In this document: positions 12,768 through 24,451 of the stretch, in pieces
Layout: each line of letters begins with the position of its first letter
Numbering within the stretch: position 1 is the first letter of the stretch
DNA from: Mobula hypostoma
Lineage: Eukaryota
NCBI RefSeq assembly: GCF_963921235.1
Contig: NC_086108.1
Location: 36,830,001 to 36,894,000 of the forward strand
Length of the DNA stretch: 64,000 nucleotides
Direction of reading: 5' to 3'
The notes under the pieces: model-generated
Seen by the model: the letters and a program-made list of their open reading frames with translations, nothing else
Told to the model about the DNA's origin: nothing
Databases searched by the model: none
Program-made: the position numbers and the translations under genes

Positions 12768-13336
12768 GTCCCAGTGGCCACACATTTTAGTTCCACATCC
12801 CATTCCCATTCTGATATGTCTTTCCACGGCCTCTTCTACTTTAAAGATGAAGCCACACTCAGGTTGGAGGAACAACACCTTATATTCCATCTGGGTAGCC
12901 TCCAACCTGATGGCATGAACATTGACTTCTCTAACTTCTGCTAATGCCCCACCTCCCCCTCGTACCCCATCCGTTATTTATTTATATACACATAGTCTTT
13001 CTCTCTCTCTCCTTTTTCTCCCTATGACTATACTCCTTTCCCATCCTCTGGGTTTTTTCCCCCACTCCCCCTTTTCCTTCTCCCCGGACCTCCTGTCCCA
13101 TGATCCTCTCATATCCCTTTTGCCAATCACCTGTCCAGCTTTTGGCTCCATCCCTTCCCCTCCTGTCTTCTCCTATCATTTTGGATCTCCCCCTCCCCCT
13201 CCCACTTTCAAATCTCTTACTAGCTCTTCTTTCAGTTAGTCCTGACGAAGGGTTTCGGCCCGAAACGTCGACTGTACCTCTTCCTAGAGATGCCGCCTGG
13301 CCTGCTGTGCTCACCGGCAACTTTGATGTGTGTTGC
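12768..13336 (+). mobile_element. 5'-truncated Penelope-like retroelement (GIY-YIG C-terminus and terminal repeat)
   Basis: 12771-12944 translates PVATHFSSTSHSHSDM...RLEEQHLIFHLGSLQPDGMNIDFSNFC*, typical of a PLE GIY-YIG end; flanked by TAGAGGCTATTGTTGT (12752-12767) and TAGAGACTATTGCTGT (13337-13352), 14/16 identical TSD. Confidence 0.9.
13238..13273 (+). ncRNA. Minimal type I hammerhead ribozyme motif
   Basis: AGTC-CTGACGA-A-GGGT-TTCG-GCCC-GAAAC-GTC-GACT: stem I AGTC/GACT, core CUGANGA, stem II with UUCG loop, GAAA, palindromic ACGT in place of stem III; predicted cleavage after 13269. Confidence 0.85.
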
Positions 13337-13575
13337 TAGAGACTATTGCTGTTGAGGTATTCATTTGGTGGTTGCCTCAGTGGTTTAACCATATATATGG
13401 CTTAAAGACTGGAGACATCAAATGAAGGACCATTGCAGGAAAAATCGAATTATAAGGACCCTGTGTGAAGAGGTTTAGGAAACATCACAAGCTCTCTGAT
13501 AAATAATGCCCTCGTGTGCTCAGATCATCTAGAGCTGTAAAAGCATTGAAAATTGACATTACATACCTGGACTCG

Positions 13576-13831
13576 TCTCTGGAGATGAAGATCACAATGA
13601 CTCTCATCTTCTTTGCCAGAGGATCATTCCCAGTGGATGTGTGATATTTCTCAGTCTATGGTCAGCACAGCATCAGGGATCACCAAGGCTGTCATTAGAG
13701 AAATTCAATTCCATTTTTTATGAATGGTCTGAGGAGAAAGTGGCTTCTTGAGCACTGGGAATTGTCAGGGCTGGTAGCTTTGTATTGACAACACAAATGC
13801 CCATTTCATTAATAGAAAGAGTTTCCATCTT
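13576..13831 (+). pseudogene. PIF/Harbinger (HARBI1-like) transposase relic
   Basis: Collinear frameshifted peptides SLEMKITMTLIFFARGSF, CDISQSMVS and FINRKSFH resemble the Harbinger motifs L.F.A.GSF, ISQS.VS and NRKG.HS in correct order. Confidence 0.65.
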
Positions 13832-13904
13832 TTCTTTCCAAAGCTATCCAGGATCATAGAGCGCTCTGGCCCATCATCTCCTTGTGGCCATTAAATACCA
13901 AAGA

Positions 13905-14195
13905 GTGTCATAAGAAAAAGGCCTTTCAGCCCATTGCATTTGTCCCGATTATTAAACATCTGACTACACTTCCACCTGCCATCTGCAATCCGTTCAACTC
14001 CTTGTTCCCCACCACCCACCAAGCTGATTCTCCCACTGTCCACCTAGAGTTTTCAGTAACCAAATAGCCTACCACCTAATGTGTGTTTTGTGAGGAGCTA
14101 CAAACTTTGAATGGGCGACCCTTGAAGACAGAACTGAAGTTGGGTTGCTGGGGCTGTGAGACATCGGCATTACCTTCAGCACCACTATCCTGCAC
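13905..14195 (-). mobile_element. Degenerate V-SINE (HE1-like)
   Basis: Reverse-complement tail AGGCCTTTCAGCCCA at left and tRNA-like head (GCTGGGGCTGTGAGACATCGGCATTACC...CACCAC) at right. Confidence 0.5.
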
Positions 14196-14199
14196 TGCC

Positions 14200-14840
14200 T
14201 GCTGATACTAATCCCATTTCCCAGCACTTGTCCCTAGCTTCCATGCCATGGTATCCACGTGCTCATCTAAATATTATCTGTGGACTTATTCCCATTTATG
14301 TTCGGGCAGTGCATTCCATAATTCAACCATCTATTCATAAACATTCTTGTTCAAGTTCTCTGCAACCCTTTTATGCCTCACTTTAAACTATGTCCTCTGG
14401 GTATACGTCTGTCTACTAAGGTAAAATGAGATTCATTATCTGGTTTTCCTAAGCCGCTTATAATTTGGTACATCTCAACTACCCTCTCCTCAGCCTCCTC
14501 TGTTTCAAGGGAAACAAATCCAGGCTCATCACTCTCTTCTTACAGCTGAAATGTGGCACCCAGTCTCCTCTGTACACTCTCCAGTTACGTCCTTGTGAAA
14601 GTGTGACAACCAGACTGCACGTGTATTCCATCTCCGGCCAAATCAATGTTTATGTAACTGTACCTAACCTCTTTGCTCTTATATTCTATTCATGGCTAAT
14701 GATGCCAAGTATTCCCCAAGGCTTCTTATCCTCATCTACATGTGCCTCTGCTTTTGGGGATGTTTGGTCTCATACACCAATGTCCCTCTGTTTCTCAGCA
14801 CTTCCCAGGATCCTAACGTTCTTTGTGTATATTCTAGATT
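14200..14840 (-). mobile_element. Old CR1 3' fragment
   Basis: Degenerate similarity to the CR1 3' ends elsewhere in the window (CTCAGCCTCCTCTGTTTCAAGGGAAACAAATCCAGG; ACCAGACTGCAC). Confidence 0.6.
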
Positions 14841-15141
14841 GCCGAAGATCATTTTAAAATTGGAGCAAGAGGCTGAGAGTGAAGGAGTAAGGAATCTTGG
14901 AGAGAAGACTTTTGTTTTTACTCTGCTCGGGGAAAAGAGGCTAGACTGCGCAGGCGCATGACGTAGTGCGCCAAAGGTTTAAAAAAAAGATGACCCTATA
15001 CAGTGGGCAGCATTGAGAGCGGGCAGCGGAGTGAGAGGGAGCAGAGTGGAATGGCCTTGGCTCAACAGGCGTCGGTGTGAACAGACAGAGGTGAAGGTAA
15101 GTGTTCGTTAAGTTTTGTTTTGTTTGTTTAGAGTAGAGAGA

Positions 15142-16077
15142 ATGCCAGGCAGGATGTTGGAATGCTCCTCTTGCAGGATGTGGGAAGTCAGGGAGACCTC
15201 TGGTGTCCCTGAAAACAACACCTGCAAGAAGTGCATCCAGCTGCAGCTCCTAACAAACTGCGTTAGGGAACTGGAGCAGGAGCTGGATGACCTGCGGATC
15301 ATTCGGGAGAATGAGGTGTTTATAGATAGTAGCTTCAGGGAGGTAGTTATGCCAAAGGAGCAGCGCACAGGCAATTGGGTTACTGTCAGGCGAGGGAAGG
15401 GGAAAGGGCAGGCAGAGCAGGGTTCCCCTGTGGCCATTCCCCTCAACAATAAGTATACCTATTTGGATACTGTTGGGGGGGATGACTTACCTGGGACAAG
15501 CTGCAGTAGCCGGATCTCTGGCACTGAGTCTGGCTCTGCAGTGCAGAAGGGAGGGTGGAAGAAGAGGAGAGCGGTAGTGATAGGGGACTCGATAGTTAGA
15601 GGTACAGAAAGGAGGTTTTGTGGTCGTGACAGAGACTCCCGGATGGTTTGTTGTCTCCGGGGTGCCAGGGTCAAGGATGTCTCTGATCACTTGCACAACA
15701 TTCTGAAGTGGGAGGGTGATCAGCCAGATGTCATGGTACATATCGGTACCAGTTACGTAGGAAGAAAGAGTGAGGAGGTCCTGGAGAGTGAGTATAGACA
15801 GCTTGGTAGGAAGTTAAAAAGCAGGACCTCAAGGGTGGTAATCTCAGGATTGCTACATGTGCCACGTGTCAGTGAAGGAAAGAATAGGATGCTGTGGCGG
15901 ATTAACACGTGGCTGAGGTACTAGTGTAGGGGGCAGAGTTTCAGAGTTCAGTATCATTGGGACCTCTTCTGGGGCAGGTAGGACCTGTACAAGAGAGACG
16001 GGTTACACCTGAACTACAAGGGGACCAATATCCTTTCAGGGAGGTTTGTTAGTACTGTTGGGGAGGGTTTGAACTAG
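15142..16077 (+). pseudogene. CR1 ORF1p: Cys (zinc-finger-like) motif, coiled coil, SGNH/GDSL esterase; two premature TAG
   Basis: ATG 15142; CSSC...CKKC; VRELEQELDDLRII; VIGDSIVRG; VHIGT; DGLHLN in the same frame beyond the TAG at 15922; natural stop TAG 16075-16077. Confidence 0.9.
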
Positions 16078-18950
16078 ATTTGCAGGGGGATGGGAACCAG
16101 AGTGCCAGAGCAGATAGTGAAGTGGGGGTGAAAGTAAATTATGTTGAAAGTTCATGCAAAGTCACAAAGAGAAGGGTTGTGTGTGGTGGTAATAATCTTC
16201 TGAGGTGTGTCTATTTCAATGCAAGGAGTATTGTGGGGAAGGCTGACGAGCTGAAGGCATGGATTGACACATGGAATTACGACATTATAGCCATTGGTGA
16301 AACTTGGCTACAGGAGGGGCAGGACTGGCAGCTTAATGTTCCAGGGTTCCGATGTTTCAGACATGATAGAGGCAGAGAAATGAAGGGTGGTGGGGTGGCA
16401 TTGCTAGTCAGGGAAAATATTACAGCAGTGCTCAGGCAAGACAGGTTAGAGGGCTTGTCTACTGAGGCCATATGGGTGGAGCTGAGAAACAGGAAAGGTA
16501 TGACCACATTAATAGGGTTGTATTATAGACCACCCAATAGTCAGTGAGAATTGGAGGAGCAAATCTGCAGAGAGATAGCAGACAACTGCAGGAAACATAA
16601 AGTTGTGATAGTAGGGGATTTTAATTTTCCACATATTGATTGGGATTCCCATACTGTTAAAGGTCTAGGCGGGTTAGAGTTTGTAAAATCTGCTCAGGAA
16701 AGTTTTCTATGTCAACATATAGAGGTACCAACTAGAGAGGATGCAATATTAGATCTCCTATTAGGAAACAAGTTAGGACAGGTGATGGGTATGTGTAGGG
16801 GAACACTTTGGTTCCAGTGATCATACCACCATTAGTTTCAACTTGATCATGGCTAAAGATAGATCTGGTCCTCGGGTTGAGGTTCTAAACTGGAAAAAGG
16901 CCAAATTTGAAGAAATGAGAAAGGATCTGAAAAGCATGGATTGGGACAGGTTGTTCTCTGGCAAGGATGTGATTGGTAAGTGGGAGGCCTTCAAAGGAGA
17001 AATTTTGAGAATGCAGCGTTTGTATGTTCCTATCAAGATTAAAAGCAAAGTGAATAAGAATAAGGAACCTTGGTTCTCAAGGGATATTGGAACTCTAATA
17101 CAGAAGAAAAGAGAGATGTACGACATGTATAGGAAACAGGGAGCAAATAAGGTGCTTGAGGAGTATAAAAAGTGCAAAAAAATACTTAAGAAAGAAATCA
17201 GGAGGGCTAAAAGAAGATATGAGGTTGCTTTGGCAGTCAAGGTGAAGGATAGTAAGGGATAAAATTGGTCCTTGAAGATCAGAGTAGTCGGCTATGTATG
17301 GAACCAAAAGAAATGGGGGAGATCTTAAATGGGTTTTTTGCATCTGTTTTTACTAAGGAAATTGGCATGGAGTCAATGGTAATAAGGCAAACAAGTAGTG
17401 AGGTCATGGAATCTATACAGATTGAGGAGGAGGAGGAGGTGCTTGCTATCTTGAGGCAAATCAGAGTAGATAAATCCCCAGGACCTGACAGGGTATTCCC
17501 TCGGACTTTGAAGGAGACTACTGTTGAAATTGCAAGGGCCCTTAAAATGTCGGTATCTATGGGTGAGGTGCCGGAGGATTGGAGGATAGCCCATGTTCCG
17601 TTATTTAAAAAAGGCTCTAAAAGTAATCCGGGAAATTATAGGCCGGGAAGTTTGATGTCAGTAGTAGGTAAATTATTGGAAGGAGTACTAAGAGATAGGA
17701 TCTACAAGTATTTGGACAAACAGGGACTTATTAGGGAGAGTCACCACGGCTTTGTGCGTGGTGGGTCATGTTTAACCAATCTATTAGAGTTTTTCGAGGA
17801 GGTTACCTGCAAAGTGGATGAAGGGAAGATAGTGCATATTGTCTACATGGACTTCAGTAAGGCCTTTGACAAAGTCCCTCATAGGAGGTTAGTTAGGACG
17901 ATTCAATCACTAGGTATACATGGAGAGGTAGTAAATTGGATTAGACATTGGCTTAATGGAAGAAGCCAGAGAGTGGTAGTGGAGGATTGCTTCTCAGAGT
18001 GGAGGCCTGTGACTAGTGGTGTGCCACAGGGATCAGTGCTGGGTCCATTGTTATTTGACATCTATATCAATGATTTGGATGATAATGTGGTAAATTGGAT
18101 CAGCAAATTTGCTGATGATACAAAGATTAGAGGTGTAGTGGACAGTGAGGAAGGTTTTCAAAGCTTGCAGAGGGATTTAGACTAGCTGGAAAATTGGGCT
18201 GAAAAATGGCAGATGGTGTTTAATACAGACAAGTGTGAGGTATTGCACTTTGGAAGGACAAACCAAGATAGAACTTACAAGGTAAATGGTAGGGCACTGA
18301 GGAGTGCAGTAGAACAGAGGGATCTGGGAATACAGACACAAAATTCCCTAAAAGTGGCATCACAGGTAGATAGGGTTGTAAAGAGAGCTTTTGGTACATT
18401 GGCCTTTATAAATCAAAGTATTGAGTATAAGAGTTGGAATATTATGGTGAGGTTATATAAGGCATTGGTGAGGCTGAATTTGGAGTATTATGTACAGTTT
18501 TGGTCACCAAATTACAGCAAGGATATTAATAAGGTTGAAAGAGTGCAGAGAAGATTTACAAGGATGTTGTCGGGACTTGAGAAACTGAGTTACAGAGAAA
18601 GGTTGAATAGGTTGGGACTTTATTCCCTGGAGCGTAGAAGAATGAGGGGAGATTTGATAGAGGTATATAAAATTATGATGGGTATAGATAGGGTGAATGC
18701 AAGCAGGCTTTTTCCACTGAGGCTGGGGGAGAAAAAAACCAGAGGACATGGGTTAAGGGCGAAGGGGGAAAAGTTTAAAGGGAACATTGGGGGGGGGCTT
18801 CTTCACAAAGAGAGTGGTGAGAGTGTGGAATGAGCTGCCAGATGAAGTGGTAAATGTGGGCTCACTTTTAACATTTAAGAAAAACTTGGACTGGTACGTG
18901 TATGAGAGGTGTATGGAGGGATATGGTCCAGGTGCAGGTCAGTGGGACTA
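16068..18950 (+). pseudogene. CR1 ORF2p (APE endonuclease and reverse transcriptase), disrupted
   Basis: [46 protein letters not shown]; several stops, frameshifts and an apparent deletion near 17250. Confidence 0.93.
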
Positions 18951-19234
18951 GGCAGAAAAATGGTTCAGCACAGCCAGGAAGGGCCAAAAGGCCTGTTTCT
19001 GTGCTGTAATGTTCTATGGTTCTATGGTTCTATGGAAATGACCTTTGTGGTAAGTTTTTTTGGTAGTTTCCTCGAATCATTTAATTTGAGGGAGTCTGCA
19101 CTGACATTTTGAGCAGTTGGTAATGCCGTGGGGGTTAGGCCCTCTCCCAGTCCTCAGGGTCTGCTTGCAATGATTTAGAAAGACCATATGGTTCCTCATG
19201 CCCAACAGCAGGCTCTGGAAAGAGCAAAATGCTT

Positions 19235-19612
19235 CAGAATCAGATTTATTAACACTGACTTAAACGACATGAATTTTATTGTTTTCCAGCAGCAGTACAG
19301 TGCAAAAACATGTAATTGTTATAAATGACAAAATTCAATAGGTAGTGCAAAAAGAGGAATAATGAGGTAATGTGTATAGAATATCTGAAGGTAGAGTGGA
19401 AAAATCTGTTCCTGATTCTTTGAGTGTGGTTCTTCAGGCTCCTGTAGCTCTTCCTCAATGGTAGCAATGAGAAGAGGGCATGTTCTGTTTGGTGAAGAGC
19501 TTTTCCTGCCTTCCAGAGGTACTGTTTCTTGAAGATTTTGTTGACGGTGAGGAAGATGTTCATAATCCTCTGCAACCTCTGGTGATCCTGTGCATTGGAG
19601 TCTCTGTGACGT
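19235..19612 (-). mobile_element. Rex1/Babar-like LINE 3' fragment
   Basis: Minus ORF HALFSLLPLRKSYRSLKNHTQRIRNRFF resembles the Rex1/Babar C-terminal motif; 3' end near AATAAATCTGATTCTG. Confidence 0.7.
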
Positions 19613-19879
19613 ATTTTCAGACTCAAGGATACTCAAACTGCTGTATAGCAGCAATTCTATTCATTTGTACAAAGTGTTTTTCCACAAAAAAGTAGAAAAT
19701 TAATTTGAATTGCATTTTAGGAAGTAAAACTGTGAGGGAGCAGCAGATATAGCAATATGAGAAATAAAAGCGTGACCCAAGATGGCAAATAGGTTACGAA
19801 CTATTGACTTGCTGCATAACTGGTCTGGAAAATGAAAATCTCACACTAACCCTGTATTTTGAATCCCCTTGAAAGAAAC

Positions 19880-20545
19880 ATGGAGGCCAGGTGGGCATAG
19901 TTCCCTGAAGGTGGAATCTCATGTGGATAGGGTGGTGAAGAAAGCTTTTGGTATGCTGGCCTTTGTTAATCAGGGTATAAGAGTTGGGATGTAATGTTGA
20001 AATTGTATAAGGCATTGGTAAGGCCAAATTTGGAGTATTGTGTACAGTTCTGGTCACTGAATTATAGGAAAGATATCAATAAAATTGAGAGAGTACAGAG
20101 GAGGTTTACTAAAATGTTGCCTGGGTTTCATCTCCTAAGTTACAGAGAAGGGTAGAACAAGTAAGGTCTTTATTCTTCGGAGTATAGAAGGTCGAGAGGG
20201 GACTTGATAGAGGTGTTTAAAATTATGAGGAGGATTGATAGAGTTGACATGGATAGGCTTTTTCCATTGAGAGTCGGGGAGATTCAAACAAGAGGACATG
20301 AGTTGAGAGTTAAAGGGCAAAAGTTTAGGGGTTACATGAGGAGGAACTTTTTTACACTGTGTGGAACGATCTTCCAGCAGAAGTGGTTGAGGCAGGTTCG
20401 ATGTTGTCGTTTAAAGTTAAATTGGATAGATATATGGACAGGAAGGGAATGGAGGGTTATGGACCGAGTGCAGGTCGGTGGGACTAGGTGAGAGTAGGAG
20501 TTCGGCACAGACTAGAAGGGCTGAGATGGCTATATGGTTATATAT
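19880..20545 (+). mobile_element. CR1 3' fragment (distinct subfamily)
   Basis: LVRPNLEYCVQFWS and DLIEVFKIMRRIDRVD...TRGHELRV; tail TATATGGTTATAT. Confidence 0.9.
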
Positions 20546-21029
20546 ATTATAAGGACAGTGCAATATTCAAAACAACCCACTCACCCGCTCCATTGACCAC
20601 CTATCCATGGCAGAGTGTGTGGGTGTTATGGGGGATTCATCTCCTCAAAAACTATAGAAAAGGCATAGAAACAAGGCAACCTTGACCCTGAGAAGGAAGA
20701 ACAAAACAGAAAGAACCTGAATGACAGAAGGTAACAGGCAAAGCAGGGTGACACTGAACCTGAGGGACATGAAATAGACAAAGAAGACAACGGGAGCAAG
20801 AGGAACCAGATGATGATGAAAGCTACTAAGGTGCAAAGGGATTGGTGGGGTGGCCTCTGTCCAACATGAGCTGCTCCCCTTTCCAATAGAGCAGAGTAAG
20901 GAAGTCCTAATGGATAAAGGATTTTCTTATGGATAAACTCTCTCCTAAAGTGCCTGTACAATTACATAGTGTGAGAGTTCCAGGGAGGGAAATAGATTCT
21001 TTGGCCTATTTAAGTCTGCAGTGACAAAC

Positions 21030-21320
21030 AACCACTCATTTACACAAATCCTCAATTTTTTCCATTTTTTTTCTCTCTGCACATTTTCATCAACTTCCCC
21101 AAGATTTTATCACTCACCTACACACTAGGGGCAATTTACAGGGGCCAACTTACCGACCGATCCACATGTCTTTGGGACACGGGAGGGAGCTGAAATACAA
21201 AGAGGAAATCCATATAGTCAGATGCAGAACAGATGTTCTTTGCATGAACATCCAAGGTCAGGATCGAACCTGGGAATCTGTTGCTGCGTAGAAGTTGCTC
21301 TGCCAGTTGTGCCAATGCCA
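21030..21320 (-). mobile_element. tRNA-derived V-SINE
   Basis: Minus strand starts TGGCATTGGCACAACTGGCAGAG (A box-like) and CAGGTTCGATCC (B box), then V-domain (CCCAAAGACATGTGG...CTGTAAATTGCCCCTAGTGTG). Confidence 0.8.
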
Positions 21321-21619
21321 TACATGTGACTCATTCCACACTCCATTTGTTACCACAAGAACAATAAACCATAAGCAGCCAAGAGAGTCTAGATGACACT
21401 ATCACTCCTTGTATCTGCACTGTTTACAACATGTCAATTATTAAGTCTTTGTTCCAATTTCTTAAGTGGCTTGCTACAACATCTCTGTATTTCCCAGTCT
21501 GGCACTGTGACATCATACAAAACCACTTTCCCTCAGAGGAACACTGTTCTGCAGAACAATGCTGGTTGAGAGTGTAGATGCTTTAAACTGTCCATTATAG
21601 ACAATTTTTTTTGGGCAGG

Positions 21620-21998
21620 TGGGGCTTGTCAGCCTTGGATGGCACCCCACCCCGCAGAAGGAAAACTCTGATTTTAAACCACCACTGCCTTGCAGCCATA
21701 CCCGCCCATGGGAAAGGCTTCGGGAGTAAACCCTGAGGAAGAAATCTGGAGCTGGGGTCCCTAAGGCAGTTTGGTGTTGTTTACAACCTCACTCTGGCCA
21801 CCTCTGCATTGACACTGATGCCAAGCTTTATTGGAGCTTGGCCTTCCCTTGGACTACGTCAGTGACGTGGAGAAGGGGATCCTGCTTCATGGGCAACAGC
21901 AGGTTCTTCAAATCTTCCCTCCTAGGCTTACGCCCTGAAGAGGACACAGTAAACCAGAAGTGCAAACCCATAATCCCCTGGGGTCGATGGCTGCCTAC
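21620..21998 (+). mobile_element. Probable RTE-related non-autonomous repeat (5' UTR-like sequence)
   Basis: GGGGCTTGTCAGCCTTGG...AGAAGGAAAACTCTGATTTTAAACC resembles, from memory, RTE-clade 5' UTRs; no coding remnant found. Confidence 0.4.
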
Positions 21999-22029
21999 CA
22001 TAGACAACGCAGCAAAGACTTGTACTGAT

Positions 22030-22949
22030 TGGGTAGATTGGGAACAGGAATTGGGGTTTACCATTTCTGTGGATGACTGGGGGCAGATTTTACAATTAGT
22101 TAATACCTCCTCTATCTGTGCTAAACATTCCCTAATTCGATTTAAAGTTGTTCATAGAGCACATATGTCCAAAGATAAGTTAGCGTGCTTTTATTCTCAT
22201 ATTAATCCTTTTTGTGATAGATGTCCGGGGCAGATAGCCTCTTTAACTCATATGTTTTGGTCTTGCCCTACTTTGGAAACTTTTTGGAGAGACATTTTTA
22301 ATATTATCTCCAAGGTATTGAATATAGATATCTCTCCTCACCCTATTACTGCTATCTTTGGACTACCTAAAATTTCCAGTAATCTCTCCCCTTCAGCCCG
22401 TAGAATGATTGCATTTCTTACTTTAATGGCGAAAAGATGTATCTTACAACATTGGAAAGAGCTTAATGCTCCAACTACCTTTTTTTGGTTTTCTCAGACG
22501 ATATTATGCTTGAACTTGGAGAAAATTAGAAGCAATCTTTATGACTCCTCATTTAAATTTGAACAGACTTGGAGATCTTTTATTCAATATTTTCATTTAA
22601 TGTAATATATACCCTTCTTGTTTTTTTCACTGTTTTTAATGGAGGTCGGGATTGAGGACGTGATTTTAAGTTTAACTCTGTTTGGTTTCAAGTTAGCCCA
22701 TTGCTTTGCGTTGCTTTTAGTTAGTTGCATGGTGGGTTTTTTTTTGGGGTTTTTTTTTCTTTTTCTCTATTGATATATATATAAAATGAGTATACTATTA
22801 TGTTACCTTGGTATGTTATGTTTAAATTACATTGTTTGTAGTATTTTTTTTGTATTAATATCTTCTGTAATTTTATTATATTCTAACAATGTATTAGTGT
22901 CTATATGGCTTACCTTTTTGTATACTTACTTAATAAAAAGATTTAAAAG
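22030..22949 (+). mobile_element. 5'-truncated L1-clade LINE (ORF2 C-terminal CCHC domain and 3' UTR)
   Basis: FKVVHRAHMS...CDRC...SLTHMFWSCP...LEKI to stop 22605; T-rich UTR with AATAAA at 22932; 13-bp TSD GACTTGTACTGAT at 22017-22029 and 22950-22962. Confidence 0.93.
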
Positions 22950-23894
22950 GACTTGTACTGATCACATTGGCACACGACTGGTAGGTACTGAGAATCTAAC
23001 GTTTCAATCCATACTTATTCAGCAGTGAAAAATCCCTCATTGAAGTTCAAGTGCGGTTCACTAGCCTATGTACTGATTGACAATTCAGAGTACAGAATGG
23101 GAAGGAACTGATTCTCTCAATGATGCAAGCACTTATGATGGGATTATTATATTGGCATGTCATCCAGCTCAATTGATTACATCTCTCTCGTGCCCGCTCA
23201 CTTTTTCCTGGTGCTTTTTTTCTCCATTAGATAGAGATTCTAGCTAATGGGCTGCATCAAGCAGATGTTTCATCTCATCACACAATATTGCTCATCTTCT
23301 TCAGATTCTTTGACAGACCCTTCCACAAAGCTGACTTTAATAAGTGCTGAAGGATAAGAGAGAAATGGTCTGAAATTTGGATCCATTTTGCACTGGATGT
23401 TATGCTCATTTAATGGCCCAGTAACATCTCTGCTAGACTATCAAGTTATTGAGCAATCACATATGGCACTTTTTTTTCACAGTCTAGTGACAATTAAGTT
23501 TTCCTTCACGTGCAGTTTTCTGAAATGTACGCCATGAGTACCTTCTGAGCTGACAGCACCTGCCATACCAGTGACTTATCTCAACACAATGTCTCAGATG
23601 TTATCTGCCCCTAAACGTGCATGATGTTAGTGCTATTGAAATCATTTATAACAAAGTGCATTAAAATAATATATAAATGGGAAACCATGATCTTTGTTCA
23701 TCAGGTGCCATTCCCTTTTGACTGTTTTTGAGGTGGGTTTCAATAGTACAGCTGTATGCTGTGGAGCACTTTCTGTGCTTGCAGTCTGGCTTCTGAAGGA
23801 TGCTCCCTTTCCATTCAAGTCCTAGATTAATGGCTGATACAGATTGGCAAAAAGCCATCCAGTCCATTGCGCTACCAATCAGGCACCGATTTCC

Positions 23895-24056
23895 GCCAGT
23901 CCCATTTTATTCTCATTACTTTCTTAACAACTCTTCACAGATTGTACCACTCACCTAGACATTCATGGCAACTTACAGTTGTCAGTTAACCTACCAGCCT
24001 TGGATGTCGGAAGAAAGTGGAAAAAACACATGCGGTCTCAGGGAGAACATGCAAAG
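23895..24056 (-). mobile_element. V-SINE body (head displaced to 26535-26592 by nested insertions)
   Basis: CACTCACCTAGAC...GGCAACTTACAG...CAGGGAGAACATGCAAA matches the SINE at 21030-21320; head TTGAACCTG...GAGCTGTGAGGCAGTGGCTCTAC at 26535-26592. Confidence 0.7.
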
Positions 24057-24451
24057 TGTGCTGTCACAGGAAAGCAGCATCCGTTATCAAGGACTCTCCC
24101 ACCATCCAGGCCATGCTCGCTTCTTACTGCTGCCAACAGGAAGAAGGCACAGGAGCCTCAGGACCCACCTTACCAGGTTCAGGAACAGTTATTACCCCTC
24201 ACCCATCAGTCTCTTGAACCAAAGGCGATAACTTCACTCAATGTCACTTGCCCCTTCACTGAACTGTTCCCAGAACCTATGGATTCACTTTTATGGACTC
24301 CTCCTCTCATATTTTCGGTACTTATTGTTTATTTAATTATCTATCGATCTATTTGTTTATTATTTATTATTTCTTTCTTTTTGTATTTGCCAGTTTGTTG
24401 TCTTTTGCACACTGGTTGTATGCACTGTTGTTGTAGTCTTTCATTGATTCT
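24057..24451 (+). mobile_element. Rex1/Babar-like LINE 3' fragment (3' UTR continues at 26413-26540)
   Basis: HHPGHARFLLLPTGRRHRSLRTHLTRFRNSYYPSPISLLN; the UTR resumes after the CR1 insertion and ends in TTTGAAC-type repeats. Confidence 0.8.

Larger units (their letters stand above)
14860..19035 (+). mobile_element. Near-full-length CR1-clade (HER1-like) LINE
   Basis: 5' UTR homologous to 9860-9990; ORF1 15142-16077; ORF2 pieces 16080-18833 (EN, RT with FADD); tail (GTTCTATG)x3 ending at 19035. 5' boundary approximate. Confidence 0.96.

Noticed and set aside
21838..22605. 255-aa ORF as a novel gene
   Set aside because: Chance read-through from a non-coding repeat across the TSD into an L1 ORF2 C-terminus; starts at TTG.
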